NCBI GenBank assembly: GCA_964544935.1 | Contig: CAZJDZ010000004.1 | Coordinates: 15,802-79,801, forward strand | Length of the DNA stretch: 64,000 nucleotides | Reading direction: 5' to 3' | Source of the DNA: an uncultured Candidatus Saccharibacteria bacterium | GTDB lineage: Bacteria > Patescibacteriota > Minisyncoccia > Phycocordibacterales > UBA5272 | Shown here: positions 1-10,241 of the stretch, in pieces | Numbering within the stretch: the first letter of the stretch is position 1 | Layout: each line of letters opens with the position of its first letter | Made by a program: the position numbers and the translations under genes | The notes under the pieces: model-generated | Databases searched by the model: none | The model's input: the letters and a program-made list of their open reading frames with translations, nothing else | Told to the model about the DNA's origin: nothing

Positions 1-291
1 TTGCGGGAACAAAAATCTTTCACAACGAAGGAAATGAGGCATTTTTGGAAAACAAAAACCCATATACCTCTAAGCAACCCCTTGGTGAAGAACAGTCCTT
101 CGTGAGGATAGACACAGATGCAACAAGTGCAACCAGATCGTCCTTCGAATTAGAAAGTGAGAGTAAATCCCGATTGTTTAGAGATATATAGGTTCTGACA
201 AATATGTTTAAAATATTGTTTATATTTCAAACGATAGGTCTATTATAGCATATATAAAACTTTTGTCAAATCTTGACCAAATCCATACGTC

Positions 292-1275
292 ATGACACCA
301 CTTAACCCCCCAATTGAATTAGAAGAGACAAGGCATTTAGATAGTACTCTTCGACCTGAGAAATTTTCGGATTATGTTGGGCAGGAAGTCATCAAAAAAA
401 ATTTACATATACTTTTAACTGCTGCAAAAGAGCGAAATACTCCTCCTGAACACATACTTCTTTATGGCCCACCAGGACTTGGAAAGACAACACTTGCACA
501 TTTGATTGCAAAAGAACTCGGCGCAAATCTCAAACTATCAAGTGGCCCAGCAATTATGAAAGTTGGGGACTTGGCGGCAATTCTTACGAACCTCACTCCA
601 GGGGATGTTCTGTTTATTGATGAGATTCACCGTCTCAATAAACTAATTGAAGAAGTTCTCTACCCTGCCATGGAGTCTGGAAAGCTTGATATCGTGATAG
701 GTAAAGGACCAACTGCAAGAACAATACAACTTGATCTTCCTCCTTTTACTCTTATAGGAGCGACAACTCGCATATCTCTCCTATCGTCCCCTCTTCGCTC
801 TCGTTTTTCAGGAGGGGTATACAGATTGCAATATTATACAGAAGATGAAATCGCGACTATTGTAAAACATAGTGGTGAAAAACTTAATACCACTGTTCCA
901 GATGATGCAGCATACGAAATTGCTAAGCGTTCACGCTTTACACCACGTATTGCTAACTATTATCTTAAACGTGCACGAGACTACGCTCAGGTACACAAAG
1001 CGCTTCTTGATAAAGATGTGGTTGACACCTCACTCTCACTCCTTGAGATTGATGAGTTTGGAATTGGTATTTCTGAGAGACTTGTTCTTGAGTGTCTAGT
1101 TAACGTATTTAATGGTGGACCTGTTGGACTTAACACACTTGCTGCCGCAACTGGAGAAGAAGAAGCAACAATTGCTGACGTTACAGAACCATACCTTCTT
1201 CAGATTGGTATGATTGAACGTACTGCGCGCGGGCGAAAGGCAACGGAGAAGGCTATGGTGAGGTTTAAGAAGTAG
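292..1275 (+). CDS. ruvB: Holliday junction DNA helicase RuvB
   Basis: AAA+ Walker A GPPGLGKTTLA, Walker B VLFIDEIHRL, RuvB-like C-terminal winged helix; 327 aa. Confidence 0.9.
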   Translation: MTPLNPPIELEETRHLDSTLRPEKFSDYVGQEVIKKNLHILLTAAKERNTPPEHILLYGPPGLGKTTLAHLIAKELGANLKLSSGPAIMKVGDLAAILTNLTPGDVLFIDEIHRLNKLIEEVLYPAMESGKLDIVIGKGPTARTIQLDLPPFTLIGATTRISLLSSPLRSRFSGGVYRLQYYTEDEIATIVKHSGEKLNTTVPDDAAYEIAKRSRFTPRIANYYLKRARDYAQVHKALLDKDVVDTSLSLLEIDEFGIGISERLVLECLVNVFNGGPVGLNTLAAATGEEEATIADVTEPYLLQIGMIERTARGRKATEKAMVRFKK

Positions 1276-1312
1276 GGAGGTCTAGCCTGTAGTGTGATCA
1301 TACTTAATACAA

Positions 1313-1350
1313 TACAAATGCGTGACGCCGTAGGCGTCACGCATTTGTAT
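1313..1350 (+). terminator. intrinsic terminator hairpin (ACAAATGCGTGACGCC-GTAG-GCGTCACGCATTTGT)
   Basis: perfect 16-bp GC-rich stem with GNRA-like loop after the ruvB stop, followed by T-rich tract. Confidence 0.6.
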
Positions 1351-1401
1351 TAAAGCTAAAAGCTACAAGCTAATAGCTGAAAGTTGTATACTTATATCAC
1401 T

Positions 1402-1917
1402 ATGTCCTCCCCTATTATTCGCATCATGGGAATCGATCCTGGTTTTGATCGGCTTGGTATTTGTATATTAGATAAAGAAGGAACGAAAGAGACGCTAGTA
1501 TTCTCAACATGTATTGTCACCTCAAGAAAAGATATGTTTGAGAAACGTCTTGTTGTGATCGGTGAACAATTAGAAACAATACTTACAACATATACACCCA
1601 CAGAACTTGCTATTGAGACGCTTTTTTTTACAAAAAACCAGAAGACAATTATAACTGTTGCTGAAGTTCGTGGTATATGTATTTATCTTGCACACAAAGT
1701 TGGTGTTGCGCTTTACGAATATTCTCCACCACAAATCAAATTAGCAATCGCAGGCCACGGTAAGGCATCAAAGGATGATATTGCAATTATGGTGCCAAAG
1801 ATTTTAAAACAACCCCTTCTTATACATACACTTGATGATGAAATAGATGCAATAGCAATAGCACTCACCCATAGTGCAAATCGTAATAATCGCCTTATTT
1901 TACAAAGATATTCTTAA
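1402..1917 (+). CDS. ruvC: crossover junction endodeoxyribonuclease RuvC
   Basis: IMGIDPGFDRLG catalytic N-terminus and RNase H-like fold; ORF track start 1384 is TTG, first ATG (MSSPIIRIMGIDPG) is at 1402. Confidence 0.85.
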   Translation: MSSPIIRIMGIDPGFDRLGICILDKEGTKETLVFSTCIVTSRKDMFEKRLVVIGEQLETILTTYTPTELAIETLFFTKNQKTIITVAEVRGICIYLAHKVGVALYEYSPPQIKLAIAGHGKASKDDIAIMVPKILKQPLLIHTLDDEIDAIAIALTHSANRNNRLILQRYS

Positions 1918-1952
1918 ATATTCACACAAAAACTTGCATAGATGTTTGTTAG

Positions 1953-2171
1953 ATGGTATCTTTTCAATACATTAAATTATTTTTGAGTAGTATGCTTATT
2001 GAAGAAGAAGAACCAAAGGTTGGTGGGGACGTAAATCCAGATGCTCTTGAAGCAGTTTTTGAGGAAGATGTTCTTATTGAGGAAGAAGATGTTGTATTTG
2101 CTGTTGTAGACGACGAAGAAGCTGATGAAATAGATATTGCTTTTGCAGCAAATGATGAAGGATACTGGTAA
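1953..2171 (+). CDS. small highly acidic protein (about 40% D/E), function unknown
   Basis: 72-aa ORF (alternative ATG at about 1992 gives 59 aa) followed by a strong hairpin terminator; no recognisable motif. Confidence 0.35.
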   Translation: MVSFQYIKLFLSSMLIEEEEPKVGGDVNPDALEAVFEEDVLIEEEDVVFAVVDDEEADEIDIAFAANDEGYW

Positions 2172-2201
2172 TAAACAGCTATCAGCTTGTAGTGTTTAGT
2201 A

Positions 2202-2236
2202 ATACAAAAGTGGCGCCTACGGCGCCACTTTTGTAT
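2202..2236. terminator. bidirectional intrinsic terminator (ATACAAAAGTGGCGCC-TACG-GGCGCCACTTTTGTAT)
   Basis: 16-bp stem between the convergent acidic ORF (+) and tyrS (-). Confidence 0.6.
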
Positions 2237-2265
2237 TTCGTTATGTATCCCTTAACTCTACTATT

Positions 2266-3459
2266 TTAGCTTACAATTATTTTTACAAATCGTTTCTTCC
2301 CTATTTTAAATGTTGCATTATATGCAAGTTGTTTTGGATCGATAATAGTCCCTTTCTCAACATCAGTAACTGCACCTTCTTGAATAAGTCTACGCCAATC
2401 TGTTTTTGAGGAAACGATTGCATTCTCGACAAGAATATCAGCTAACTCTTTATCGCCTGTTGTTTTTATTTCTGGAACACTATCAGGAACTCCTCCATTT
2501 TGAAATGTTTCAATCCAAGAGTTTTTTGCAAGTGTTGCATCTTTTTCTGTATGATACAACGTTACAAGCTCAGAAGCGAGACGCATCTTAATATCTTTTG
2601 GATTAACGCCGTCTGTTAATTCTTTTGTAAATCCCTCAATATCTGCAAGTGTTACATCAGTACAAAGAGTGAAATATTTAATAATTAAATCATCGTGTAG
2701 TGCCATTACCTTACCAAACATAGTATTTGGGTCATCAACGATAGCAATAATATTACCCCATGAACTCGACATTTTACGTCCATCAATTCCTTCAAGCATT
2801 TGGCATGTAAAAACACTCTGCTTTGGTTGTCCAAAATACTCTTGCATAATACGTCCAGCTTTTAAATTAAACAGTTGATCAAATCCCCCAAGTTCTACAT
2901 CTGACTTAACTGCAACAGAATCATATCCTTGCATAATTGGATACAAAAATTCACGAAGGGAAATTTCTACCCCTGTATCATATCTATCTTTGAAATTACG
3001 ACGAGCAAGCATTTGTTGTACAGAAAAACATTCAGCAAGACGAGTAACTTCCTCGAAAGAAAGTTTTGAGAGCCAATCACTATTGTGAACAAATTCTGTT
3101 TTTGAAAGGTCTAAAATCTTAGAAACCTGACTCTTGTAATCTTTGAGGTTCTCATCAATCTGAGCACGAGTAAGCATTGGACGCTTATCACTTTTATCAG
3201 ATGCATCTCCAACTTGAGCCGTAAAATCACCAACAATAAAAATAACTTGGTGACCTAGTTTTTGAAATTCTCGTAATTTACGAAGAGGAATTGCACGCCC
3301 TAAATGAATCTTTGGCCCTGTAGGATCAACTCCAAGCTTAATGCGAAGCTGTTTTCCAGAAAGGAGGAGTGCTCTTAATTCATCTTTTATAAAAATATCT
3401 TCAACTCCTCGAGTAAGGAGTTCTTCTATTCTTTTTTCATCAGTAATTACCTTATCCAT
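2266..3459 (-). CDS. tyrS: tyrosyl-tRNA synthetase (class I aaRS with C-terminal S4-like domain)
   Basis: GVDPTGPKIHLGR (HIGH-region equivalent) and KMSSS (KMSKS) motifs; 397 aa. Confidence 0.8.
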   Translation of the reverse strand: MDKVITDEKRIEELLTRGVEDIFIKDELRALLLSGKQLRIKLGVDPTGPKIHLGRAIPLRKLREFQKLGHQVIFIVGDFTAQVGDASDKSDKRPMLTRAQIDENLKDYKSQVSKILDLSKTEFVHNSDWLSKLSFEEVTRLAECFSVQQMLARRNFKDRYDTGVEISLREFLYPIMQGYDSVAVKSDVELGGFDQLFNLKAGRIMQEYFGQPKQSVFTCQMLEGIDGRKMSSSWGNIIAIVDDPNTMFGKVMALHDDLIIKYFTLCTDVTLADIEGFTKELTDGVNPKDIKMRLASELVTLYHTEKDATLAKNSWIETFQNGGVPDSVPEIKTTGDKELADILVENAIVSSKTDWRRLIQEGAVTDVEKGTIIDPKQLAYNATFKIGKKRFVKIIVS

Positions 3460-3476
3460 GGGTTGTATACTACCAT

Positions 3477-5711
3477 ATGCACCACTTTTCTTTAAGTGTG
3501 TGCTACTATAGACAAATGTCGGATTCTTATGTACATAGAAAAAAGCGAATAAAACACAGATTCTTTAAAGAATTCTTTCTTGTTATTTTTTCTTTGGGAA
3601 TTATTATACTTGCGTATGGAATAACATGGCTTGCAACCATGCAACTTCCGGATTTTAATAATTTTGAAAATAGAAACATAGCTAACTCAACAAAAATCTA
3701 CGACAGGACAGGTAAAATTGTTTTATATAATATTCATGATAATGTTCGTAGAACTGCAATCCCTATTGAAGATATAAGTCCGTATATTCAAAAGGCTACT
3801 ATTTCTATTGAAGATGCTCATTTTTATGAGCACTTTGGGTTTAGACCAACATCGTTTATTCGTGCTGTAATTACTAATATTACCTCTGGTGGTTATGCTC
3901 AAGGGGGTTCAACAATTGATCAGCAAGTTATAAAAAATGCTCTTCTTTCTCGTGAAAAAACTATTTCTCGTAAATTGAAAGAAATAATTCTTTCAATAAA
4001 ACTTGATCGTGAACTTCCTAAAGATACGATTCTTCAAATATATTTAAATGAAAGCCCTTATGGTGGAACTATTTATGGTGTTGAAGAAGCTTCTCTTACT
4101 TATTTTAATAAAAAAGCAAAGGATGTAACCTTAACCGAAGCCGCATACTTGGCAGCTCTTCCACAAGCTCCAACGTTTTATTCTCCATATGGAAAACATA
4201 GAGAAGAACTTGAAAAGAGAAAAAATCTTGTTTTAGAAAGGATGTATGAACTTAATCATATTACTAAAGAACAAAAAGATTTTTCTCAAAAAGAACAGGT
4301 AGTTTTTGAAAAAGATCTTTCAAACAGTGGTAAAGCTCTTCATTTTGTTATGTATATTCGTGAATATCTTGAAGAAAAGTATGGTATCGATATGGTTCAA
4401 AATGGAGGTCTTCGTGTTATTACAACAATTGATTATACACTTCAAAAACAATTTGAAGATATTGTAAAAGAAGGTGCATTAGAAAACATGAAGAAGTTTA
4501 AAGCTTCAAACTCTGCACTTGTTGCTATTGATCCAAAAACTGGGCAAATACTTTCTATGGTTGGTTCTCGTGATTTTTTTGATACAGAAATAGCGGGTCA
4601 ATTTAATATTGCAACAGCTTTTAGACAACCTGGATCTTCTTTTAAGCCAATTGTATATGCTGCTGCATTTAAACTTGGATACACCCCTGAAACTGTCTTG
4701 TTTGATATTCCTACTCAATTTAGTTCTCTTTGTGATTTTGAAGGAACTCCGTTGCGAGCCGGTGCTGATTCTTCAGTATGTTACATGCCAGAGAATTATG
4801 ATGGTCTTTTTAGAGGTCCTGTTTCTTTACGTGAAGCACTTGCTCAATCTCTTAATATTCCAGCAGTTAAACTTCTATATCTTACTGGTATTAATAATGT
4901 AATTACTCTTGCTCAAGCAATGGGTCTCTCAACAATTAATGATCCTAGTCGTTATGGTCTTTCTCTTGTGCTTGGTGGTGGAGAAATAACATTACTTGAA
5001 CTTACTAATGCGTACGGTGTATTTGCTAATAATGGTATGTATCATAAACAACAAGGTATTCTTGAAATACGAGATAGGGATGGAAGTATTCTTCAAAAAT
5101 TTACACAAGCAGAAACTGAAGTTCTTCCAGAATCAGTAACAACTCTTATTTCAAGTATTCTTTCTGATAATGTAGCACGAACAGCTACATATGGAGCCAA
5201 CTCTGCACTTTACTTCAGAGATAGACCTGTTGCAGTAAAAACAGGTACAACTAATGACTATAGAGATGTATGGGTTGTTGGATATACACCATCTATTGTT
5301 ATTGGTATGTGGGCAGGAAATAATGATAATACTCCTATAGATAAAAGGACAGCTGGGTTTGTACTCGCTCCTGTTTGGCGAAAATCAATGACTGTTGCTG
5401 TTGAAGGTACTCCGGTTGAGTATTTCCCTGATCCTCTCCCTAACACCTCTTCTAAGCCAATTTTAGAAGGAAAGTACTGTTCATTTAATGGTGTTCATAC
5501 TATCCTTGCTTCTGTAATAAAAAATAATCCTGCTGGAGAATACCCTATTAATCCAACAAATGATTCACAATATTTTCTTTGGGAAAATACTCTTCAGAAA
5601 TGGCTAGCAAATCATTCGCTTCCATGTGCAGGTGATACAACATCTCTTTCATCTTCAACTCCTTCAACTATAATTCCTACAGAAATAGCAACAACAACTT
5701 TTACACAATAA
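3477..5711 (+). CDS. class A penicillin-binding protein (glycosyltransferase GT51 plus transpeptidase) with C-terminal Ser/Thr-rich tail
   Basis: GT51 motifs EDAHFYEHFG and QGGSTIDQQ; transpeptidase SSFK, SxN and KTGTT motifs; N-terminal TM helix. Start uncertain (3477 or ATG at 3516) because tyrS starts divergently at 3459. Confidence 0.85.
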   Translation: MHHFSLSVCYYRQMSDSYVHRKKRIKHRFFKEFFLVIFSLGIIILAYGITWLATMQLPDFNNFENRNIANSTKIYDRTGKIVLYNIHDNVRRTAIPIEDISPYIQKATISIEDAHFYEHFGFRPTSFIRAVITNITSGGYAQGGSTIDQQVIKNALLSREKTISRKLKEIILSIKLDRELPKDTILQIYLNESPYGGTIYGVEEASLTYFNKKAKDVTLTEAAYLAALPQAPTFYSPYGKHREELEKRKNLVLERMYELNHITKEQKDFSQKEQVVFEKDLSNSGKALHFVMYIREYLEEKYGIDMVQNGGLRVITTIDYTLQKQFEDIVKEGALENMKKFKASNSALVAIDPKTGQILSMVGSRDFFDTEIAGQFNIATAFRQPGSSFKPIVYAAAFKLGYTPETVLFDIPTQFSSLCDFEGTPLRAGADSSVCYMPENYDGLFRGPVSLREALAQSLNIPAVKLLYLTGINNVITLAQAMGLSTINDPSRYGLSLVLGGGEITLLELTNAYGVFANNGMYHKQQGILEIRDRDGSILQKFTQAETEVLPESVTTLISSILSDNVARTATYGANSALYFRDRPVAVKTGTTNDYRDVWVVGYTPSIVIGMWAGNNDNTPIDKRTAGFVLAPVWRKSMTVAVEGTPVEYFPDPLPNTSSKPILEGKYCSFNGVHTILASVIKNNPAGEYPINPTNDSQYFLWENTLQKWLANHSLPCAGDTTSLSSSTPSTIIPTEIATTTFTQ

Positions 5712-5722
5712 TTATTACAGTT

Positions 5723-5956
5723 TTAAAGTTTAACTATATATCCCTGTTCTTGTAAAATATTTTTAATGTTTTTTTGTATAAGAAATGCTTTTTTTACTGA
5801 TGTTGTTTGTATAGTGATTATTTTTTTAGAAATATGTAGTTCTTTTTGATCTATAGTAATGTTTGTTTTTTCTAAAATAAGAATACAAATCTGTTCTTTT
5901 ATATCATTATTATTTTTAATTTGGGTAGAGTATTTTTTGAAAAGTCCTTGATCCAT
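5723..5956 (-). CDS. hypothetical small protein immediately downstream of dnaN
   Basis: 77-aa ORF 3 nt after the dnaN stop (translational coupling likely); K/I-rich, no motif. Confidence 0.3.
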   Translation of the reverse strand: MDQGLFKKYSTQIKNNNDIKEQICILILEKTNITIDQKELHISKKIITIQTTSVKKAFLIQKNIKNILQEQGYIVKL

Positions 5957-5959
5957 AGA

Positions 5960-7051
5960 TTACCTATTAAGAGGCATAAGTAAATATGTGAAAGTTATAT
6001 CTTGTTGAGAGGTAATAAATACTGGTTTATTAGGTGTTGTAAAATTACAAATAAGAGAATCACCTTTAATATACGGTACAACATCTAAGAAAAACTTATT
6101 ATTATATTTTACTTCTATATCTTCCCCTTCTTTTGTAATAGGAATTGAGTGTGTTACTTGACCAACTTTTTCACTTTTACTATGTACAGTACATTTTCCT
6201 TCTGTAAAAATACATTCAACTTGGGAATACTGTTCATTAAAAAAAGTTGTAAGGAGGAGTGCTTTTTGAAGTTCTTCTTTTGAGAGTGATACTGTAGTTG
6301 TGAACTCCTTCGGGAATAGCTGTCTATAGTCCGGAAAATGACCTGTAATCGTGTGTATTGATAGAGTTAAGGTATTTCCTGTAAGTGATAAAATATTCTC
6401 ACTACGAGAGAGATTTATATCACCTTCTTCTTCGTTAATAATTTGAAGAATTTCTCCTATATGTTTTTGAGGGATAAGGAAAGAAAAATCTAAATCTTTC
6501 TCATTCGGAATATTTTTTTCAGCAAGACGATATGAATCTGTTGCAACAGAATAAATCGAAGAATCTTTTGTATATACAAACACTGAAGAAATTTCTGGCT
6601 TTATATCTGTTGTAGCTGAACAAAAAGAAACTTCACGTAGCAACATATCAATTGATTCTTTTGGAAGAGATCCTAATTGTTCACCTTGGGTTGGTAACAT
6701 AGGAAAGTCTTCGTATGGTGTTGTTTTTATTTCAATAACTCCTTTTTCTGTTGTAATAGTAAATACTCCATTAACTAATTCACAAGTAAGTGTTACATCT
6801 TTTGCATTAAAAGTAGAAATAATTCGAAGTAATGTCTCCCCTTGTAATAAACAAGCACCATTAACCACTCCTTTTACAGGAATACTTTTTTCACAGAATA
6901 ATTCTAAGTTAGTAGCTCGAAGTGAAAGGAGATGATCATTAACTTCAAGATGTATGTCTTGAAGAAAGTTTTGTGACTGTACTTTACTACGTGCACGAGA
7001 TACTTGTTGTACTGCTTTTATAAAGACCTCTCCTTTGCATTCGAATTTCAT
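5960..7051 (-). CDS. dnaN: DNA polymerase III beta sliding clamp
   Basis: 363 aa; MKFECKGEVFIKAVQQVSRA N-terminus typical of DnaN; immediately downstream of dnaA. Confidence 0.85.
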   Translation of the reverse strand: MKFECKGEVFIKAVQQVSRARSKVQSQNFLQDIHLEVNDHLLSLRATNLELFCEKSIPVKGVVNGACLLQGETLLRIISTFNAKDVTLTCELVNGVFTITTEKGVIEIKTTPYEDFPMLPTQGEQLGSLPKESIDMLLREVSFCSATTDIKPEISSVFVYTKDSSIYSVATDSYRLAEKNIPNEKDLDFSFLIPQKHIGEILQIINEEEGDINLSRSENILSLTGNTLTLSIHTITGHFPDYRQLFPKEFTTTVSLSKEELQKALLLTTFFNEQYSQVECIFTEGKCTVHSKSEKVGQVTHSIPITKEGEDIEVKYNNKFFLDVVPYIKGDSLICNFTTPNKPVFITSQQDITFTYLLMPLNR

Positions 7052-7329
7052 AGTACTTAGTATATATAAAATATAATACTAAGTATAGGTATGTGGATGT
7101 TGTGGAAACAGTACAATAATACTTATATATAAAGGATTTTTATTATAATTTATAAACTTTTATATATACTATTCTTTAGTTTTGTTGGGTATATACCGTA
7201 ATTAAAATTACTACAACAAGAACAACATATAGATTTATTATGAGTTTATTCTGTACTTATTCACAGACTTTTCCACAAAAATAATATATATAATAAAAAA
7301 CATACAAAATTGTATGTTTTTTATTTATT
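7052..7329. promoter_or_regulatory. candidate oriC: AT-rich dnaA-dnaN spacer with DnaA-box-like 9-mers
   Basis: TGTGGATG (7092), TGTGGAAA (7101), TTATTCACA (7258), TTTTCCACA (7270) against the consensus TTATCCACA; roughly 80% AT. Confidence 0.5.
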
Positions 7330-8667
7330 TTATACAAGCATTGCTCTTATATCCTCTATTTCTCTACTTAATTGAGGGTTATCTTTAAGTAATCCTTTTA
7401 TTTTTTCATATGAATGGATTACTGTTGTGTGATCTCTTCCTCCTAATCTATCCCCTATCATCGGGTATGATATATCAAAATCTTCACGAAGAATATACAT
7501 AACAATCTGACGAGGTTTTACAACATCTTTTCTACGTGTTTTGTTATAAATATATACATCAGGAATATGATAATAATCAGAAATCATTTTTACTATTTCT
7601 GGAATAGAAATACTTTTTTTAGCACGAACACTATTTTTAAGAAGATTTTTTACATCAAGAAGACTAATAACTTGTTGTTTTACTTGAATATGACCAAGAA
7701 TTGAAGTCATTACCCCTTCTAGTTCTCGAATATTTCCTTGAATTGTTTCTGCAATATATTGTAATACTTCAGAAGGAATTTTTTCACGATAATCCTTTGT
7801 TTTTATTTGTAAAATTGCAAGTCTTGATTCTACAGAAGGTACATTAACATCAACAATCATACCGTGATTAAATCTTGAGCGAAGACGATCCTCTAATCCT
7901 TGAATAAGATTAGGATGTTTATCAGAAGAAAAGATAATCTGTTTATTCATTTCATAAAGAGAATTAAAAAGATGGAATAGTTCGTCTTGAGTACGTTCTT
8001 TACCATTAATAAATTGAATATCATCCATAATAAACACATCAAATTTTCTATATTTTTCTTTAAAACTATTAATTTTATTAAGATTAGTAGCATTTACATA
8101 ATCCATATAGTATTTTTCAAGAGATGTATAAAAAATTTTTCTATCCGGATGTTTTTTCTTAATCGTATTTCCTACAGCTTGTAATAAATGAGTTTTACCA
8201 AGACCTGTGTTTCCATAAATAAAAAGTGGATTATATACAATTCCAAGATTATTAATAACCGCCTGAGAACAAGCATAAGCAACTTCATTAAAAGAACCAA
8301 CAATAAAACTATCAAACGTATATCGTGGATTTAAACCATCATCTTTATTAATGTAAAGGTCATTAAGAGGAAGTGTTTGCCCAATAATAGAAATATGTTG
8401 TGATTTTTTCTGAAGAGCTTCTGGTTTTACAACAGTAAAAATAACAGCACGAACACCTTCATGGATCGTTCGTAAAATACGAAGAATAAATTTGTGATAT
8501 TTTTGATTAAGCCAATCTTTAACGAATTCATTTGGGACACCAATAGTAACTTCCCCATCCTTGTAATCAATAATACGAGTATTTTTGAACCACGTATTAA
8601 AGTTAACTCGAGAAAGTTCTATCTCAATCTGAGATAATGCACTATTCCAAAGTTGTTGATAGTCCAT
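7330..8667 (-). CDS. dnaA: chromosomal replication initiator DnaA
   Basis: Walker A GNTGLGKTHLLQA; DnaA N- and C-terminal domains; 445 aa. Confidence 0.92.
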   Translation of the reverse strand: MDYQQLWNSALSQIEIELSRVNFNTWFKNTRIIDYKDGEVTIGVPNEFVKDWLNQKYHKFILRILRTIHEGVRAVIFTVVKPEALQKKSQHISIIGQTLPLNDLYINKDDGLNPRYTFDSFIVGSFNEVAYACSQAVINNLGIVYNPLFIYGNTGLGKTHLLQAVGNTIKKKHPDRKIFYTSLEKYYMDYVNATNLNKINSFKEKYRKFDVFIMDDIQFINGKERTQDELFHLFNSLYEMNKQIIFSSDKHPNLIQGLEDRLRSRFNHGMIVDVNVPSVESRLAILQIKTKDYREKIPSEVLQYIAETIQGNIRELEGVMTSILGHIQVKQQVISLLDVKNLLKNSVRAKKSISIPEIVKMISDYYHIPDVYIYNKTRRKDVVKPRQIVMYILREDFDISYPMIGDRLGGRDHTTVIHSYEKIKGLLKDNPQLSREIEDIRAMLV

Positions 8668-8879
8668 AGATACCTGTAAGTATACACGTCAATTGTTTTG
8701 TCACAACTTGACAGGAAGGTAGATAATAGACGTTGGGTAATAGAAGATGAAAAATATAAGGTCATTACTAAAATTCCTATTTCTTTTTATATTTATGGAT
8801 AAGAAATATGTAAAGTTAACTTTTAATATTTACAATTTTTACGGTTGATTTTTATCTATTTCTCATGTAGAATAGCGCC

Positions 8880-9014
8880 ATGTCAATTACATATAACCCA
8901 AAAAGAAAGAAGCGAGGAACCACACACGGATTTCTCGTACGTATGGCTACAAAAGGAGGCCGTAAGGCTATTTCTCGTCGTCGAAGTATTGGACGCAAGA
9001 AACTTTCGGTTTAG
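8880..9014 (+). CDS. rpmH: 50S ribosomal protein L34
   Basis: 44-aa [47 protein letters not shown] (below the ORF-track length cutoff); upstream TTGATT-17-TAGAAT promoter; rpmH-rnpA-yidC order. Confidence 0.85.
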   Translation: MSITYNPKRKKRGTTHGFLVRMATKGGRKAISRRRSIGRKKLSV

Positions 9015-9056
9015 TTAGTTGAGAATCTGGTGTTACAAACGCCTTAGTTTCACTCT

Positions 9057-9371
9057 ATGCCACCAAAAAACAAACGTTTTACAAAAGAAGACTTTTTAAA
9101 GGCTCGTCCTAAAGTCTTTTTTCGTGGAGCGTTAGTAGATATTGCATATGTACAACTCCCTACCCAAAAGTTTGCTTGTGTTATTTCTAAAAAAACACTA
9201 AAAACAGCAGTTGTAAGAAATAGTGTTAAAAGAAAGATTATGAATTGTCTTTCCACAATTGAAATCCCAACCCAGCACTCATTTGTTATATACCCAAAAA
9301 AAACAACTAAGGACACCCCCTATTCACTCCTAGATGAGGAAATAAAGAAAGCATTTGCTACACTACACTAA
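9057..9371 (+). CDS. rnpA: RNase P protein component
   Basis: 104-aa basic protein directly after rpmH. Confidence 0.8.
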   Translation: MPPKNKRFTKEDFLKARPKVFFRGALVDIAYVQLPTQKFACVISKKTLKTAVVRNSVKRKIMNCLSTIEIPTQHSFVIYPKKTTKDTPYSLLDEEIKKAFATLH

Positions 9372-9372
9372 T

Positions 9373-10095
9373 ATGTTTCATACATTTTTCTACGAACCAA
9401 TTTATAATCTTATTGTGCTTGTGCTCAACCTCGTCCCTCTTCATGATATAGGAGCAACAATTATTATTGTGACACTTATAGTGAAAGGATTACTCCTTCC
9501 TTTTAATCTTTCAGCACTTCGTACTCAATATGCTATGAAACGAGCTGAGCCAGAAATGAAGCGTATCAAAGAGCTTCAAAAGAAAGATCCAGCAGCGGCA
9601 TCAAAAGCAATGATTGAGATTTATAAAAAGGAAAAAATAAATCCATTCTCTAGTTTGTTTGCAATGATATTACAAGTCCCTATCTTCTTTGCACTATACT
9701 TCGTTTTTTCAAAAGGGTTATTTAATGATCCAAAGTCAATATATTCATTTGTAACATTTCCAGAAACTCTCCACACATTAGCATTTGGACTTTTTGATGT
9801 AACACAAAAAAGTATTTTCATAGCACTTCTAGCAGGGTTTTCTTCATATAGACTTGCACTTCGTCAAACACAAGGAATGGGAGAAACGAAAGAGTCACAA
9901 GAAGAGTCATTCCAAAATCAGTTTATGAAATCAATGAAAATACAAATGGTGTATGTACTTCCTGTGATTATTATTTTTTCAGGAATGGTTCTTCCGTCAG
10001 CGCTTTCCTTGTATTGGTTTATTAGTAATATAGCAAGTATTTTTCTTGATATATACACAAAGAATAAGTTGGCACATTTAAAACCAGCACATTAA
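9373..10095 (+). CDS. yidC: membrane protein insertase YidC (short form)
   Basis: multi-TM protein with KRAEPEMKRIKELQKKD and PFSSLFAMILQVPIFFALY; ORF track start 9355 is TTG, first ATG at 9373. Confidence 0.8.
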   Translation: MFHTFFYEPIYNLIVLVLNLVPLHDIGATIIIVTLIVKGLLLPFNLSALRTQYAMKRAEPEMKRIKELQKKDPAAASKAMIEIYKKEKINPFSSLFAMILQVPIFFALYFVFSKGLFNDPKSIYSFVTFPETLHTLAFGLFDVTQKSIFIALLAGFSSYRLALRQTQGMGETKESQEESFQNQFMKSMKIQMVYVLPVIIIFSGMVLPSALSLYWFISNIASIFLDIYTKNKLAHLKPAH

Positions 10096-10157
10096 AAATA
10101 TAGAGGGTAGACCGCCTCGCTGGTAGAAGATGGAGTATAGAGGATAGAGAGGAGATG

Positions 10158-10200
10158 TAAGACAAATGCGCGACACCGAAGGTGTCGCGCATTTGTCTTA
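10158..10200. terminator. bidirectional intrinsic terminator (TAAGACAAATGCGCGACACC-GAAG-GTGTCGCGCATTTGTCTTA)
   Basis: 20-bp stem between convergent yidC (+) and the SLT gene (-); related to hairpins at 1313 and 33157. Confidence 0.65.
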
Positions 10201-10241
10201 CACAGACTTAATAAGAAAGACTTAGGCATAGTTATACGTAG

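Noticed and set aside
3-191. Open reading frame (frame 3) running in from the window edge
   Set aside because: Translation does not resemble RuvA or any recognisable family, and there is no start within the window.
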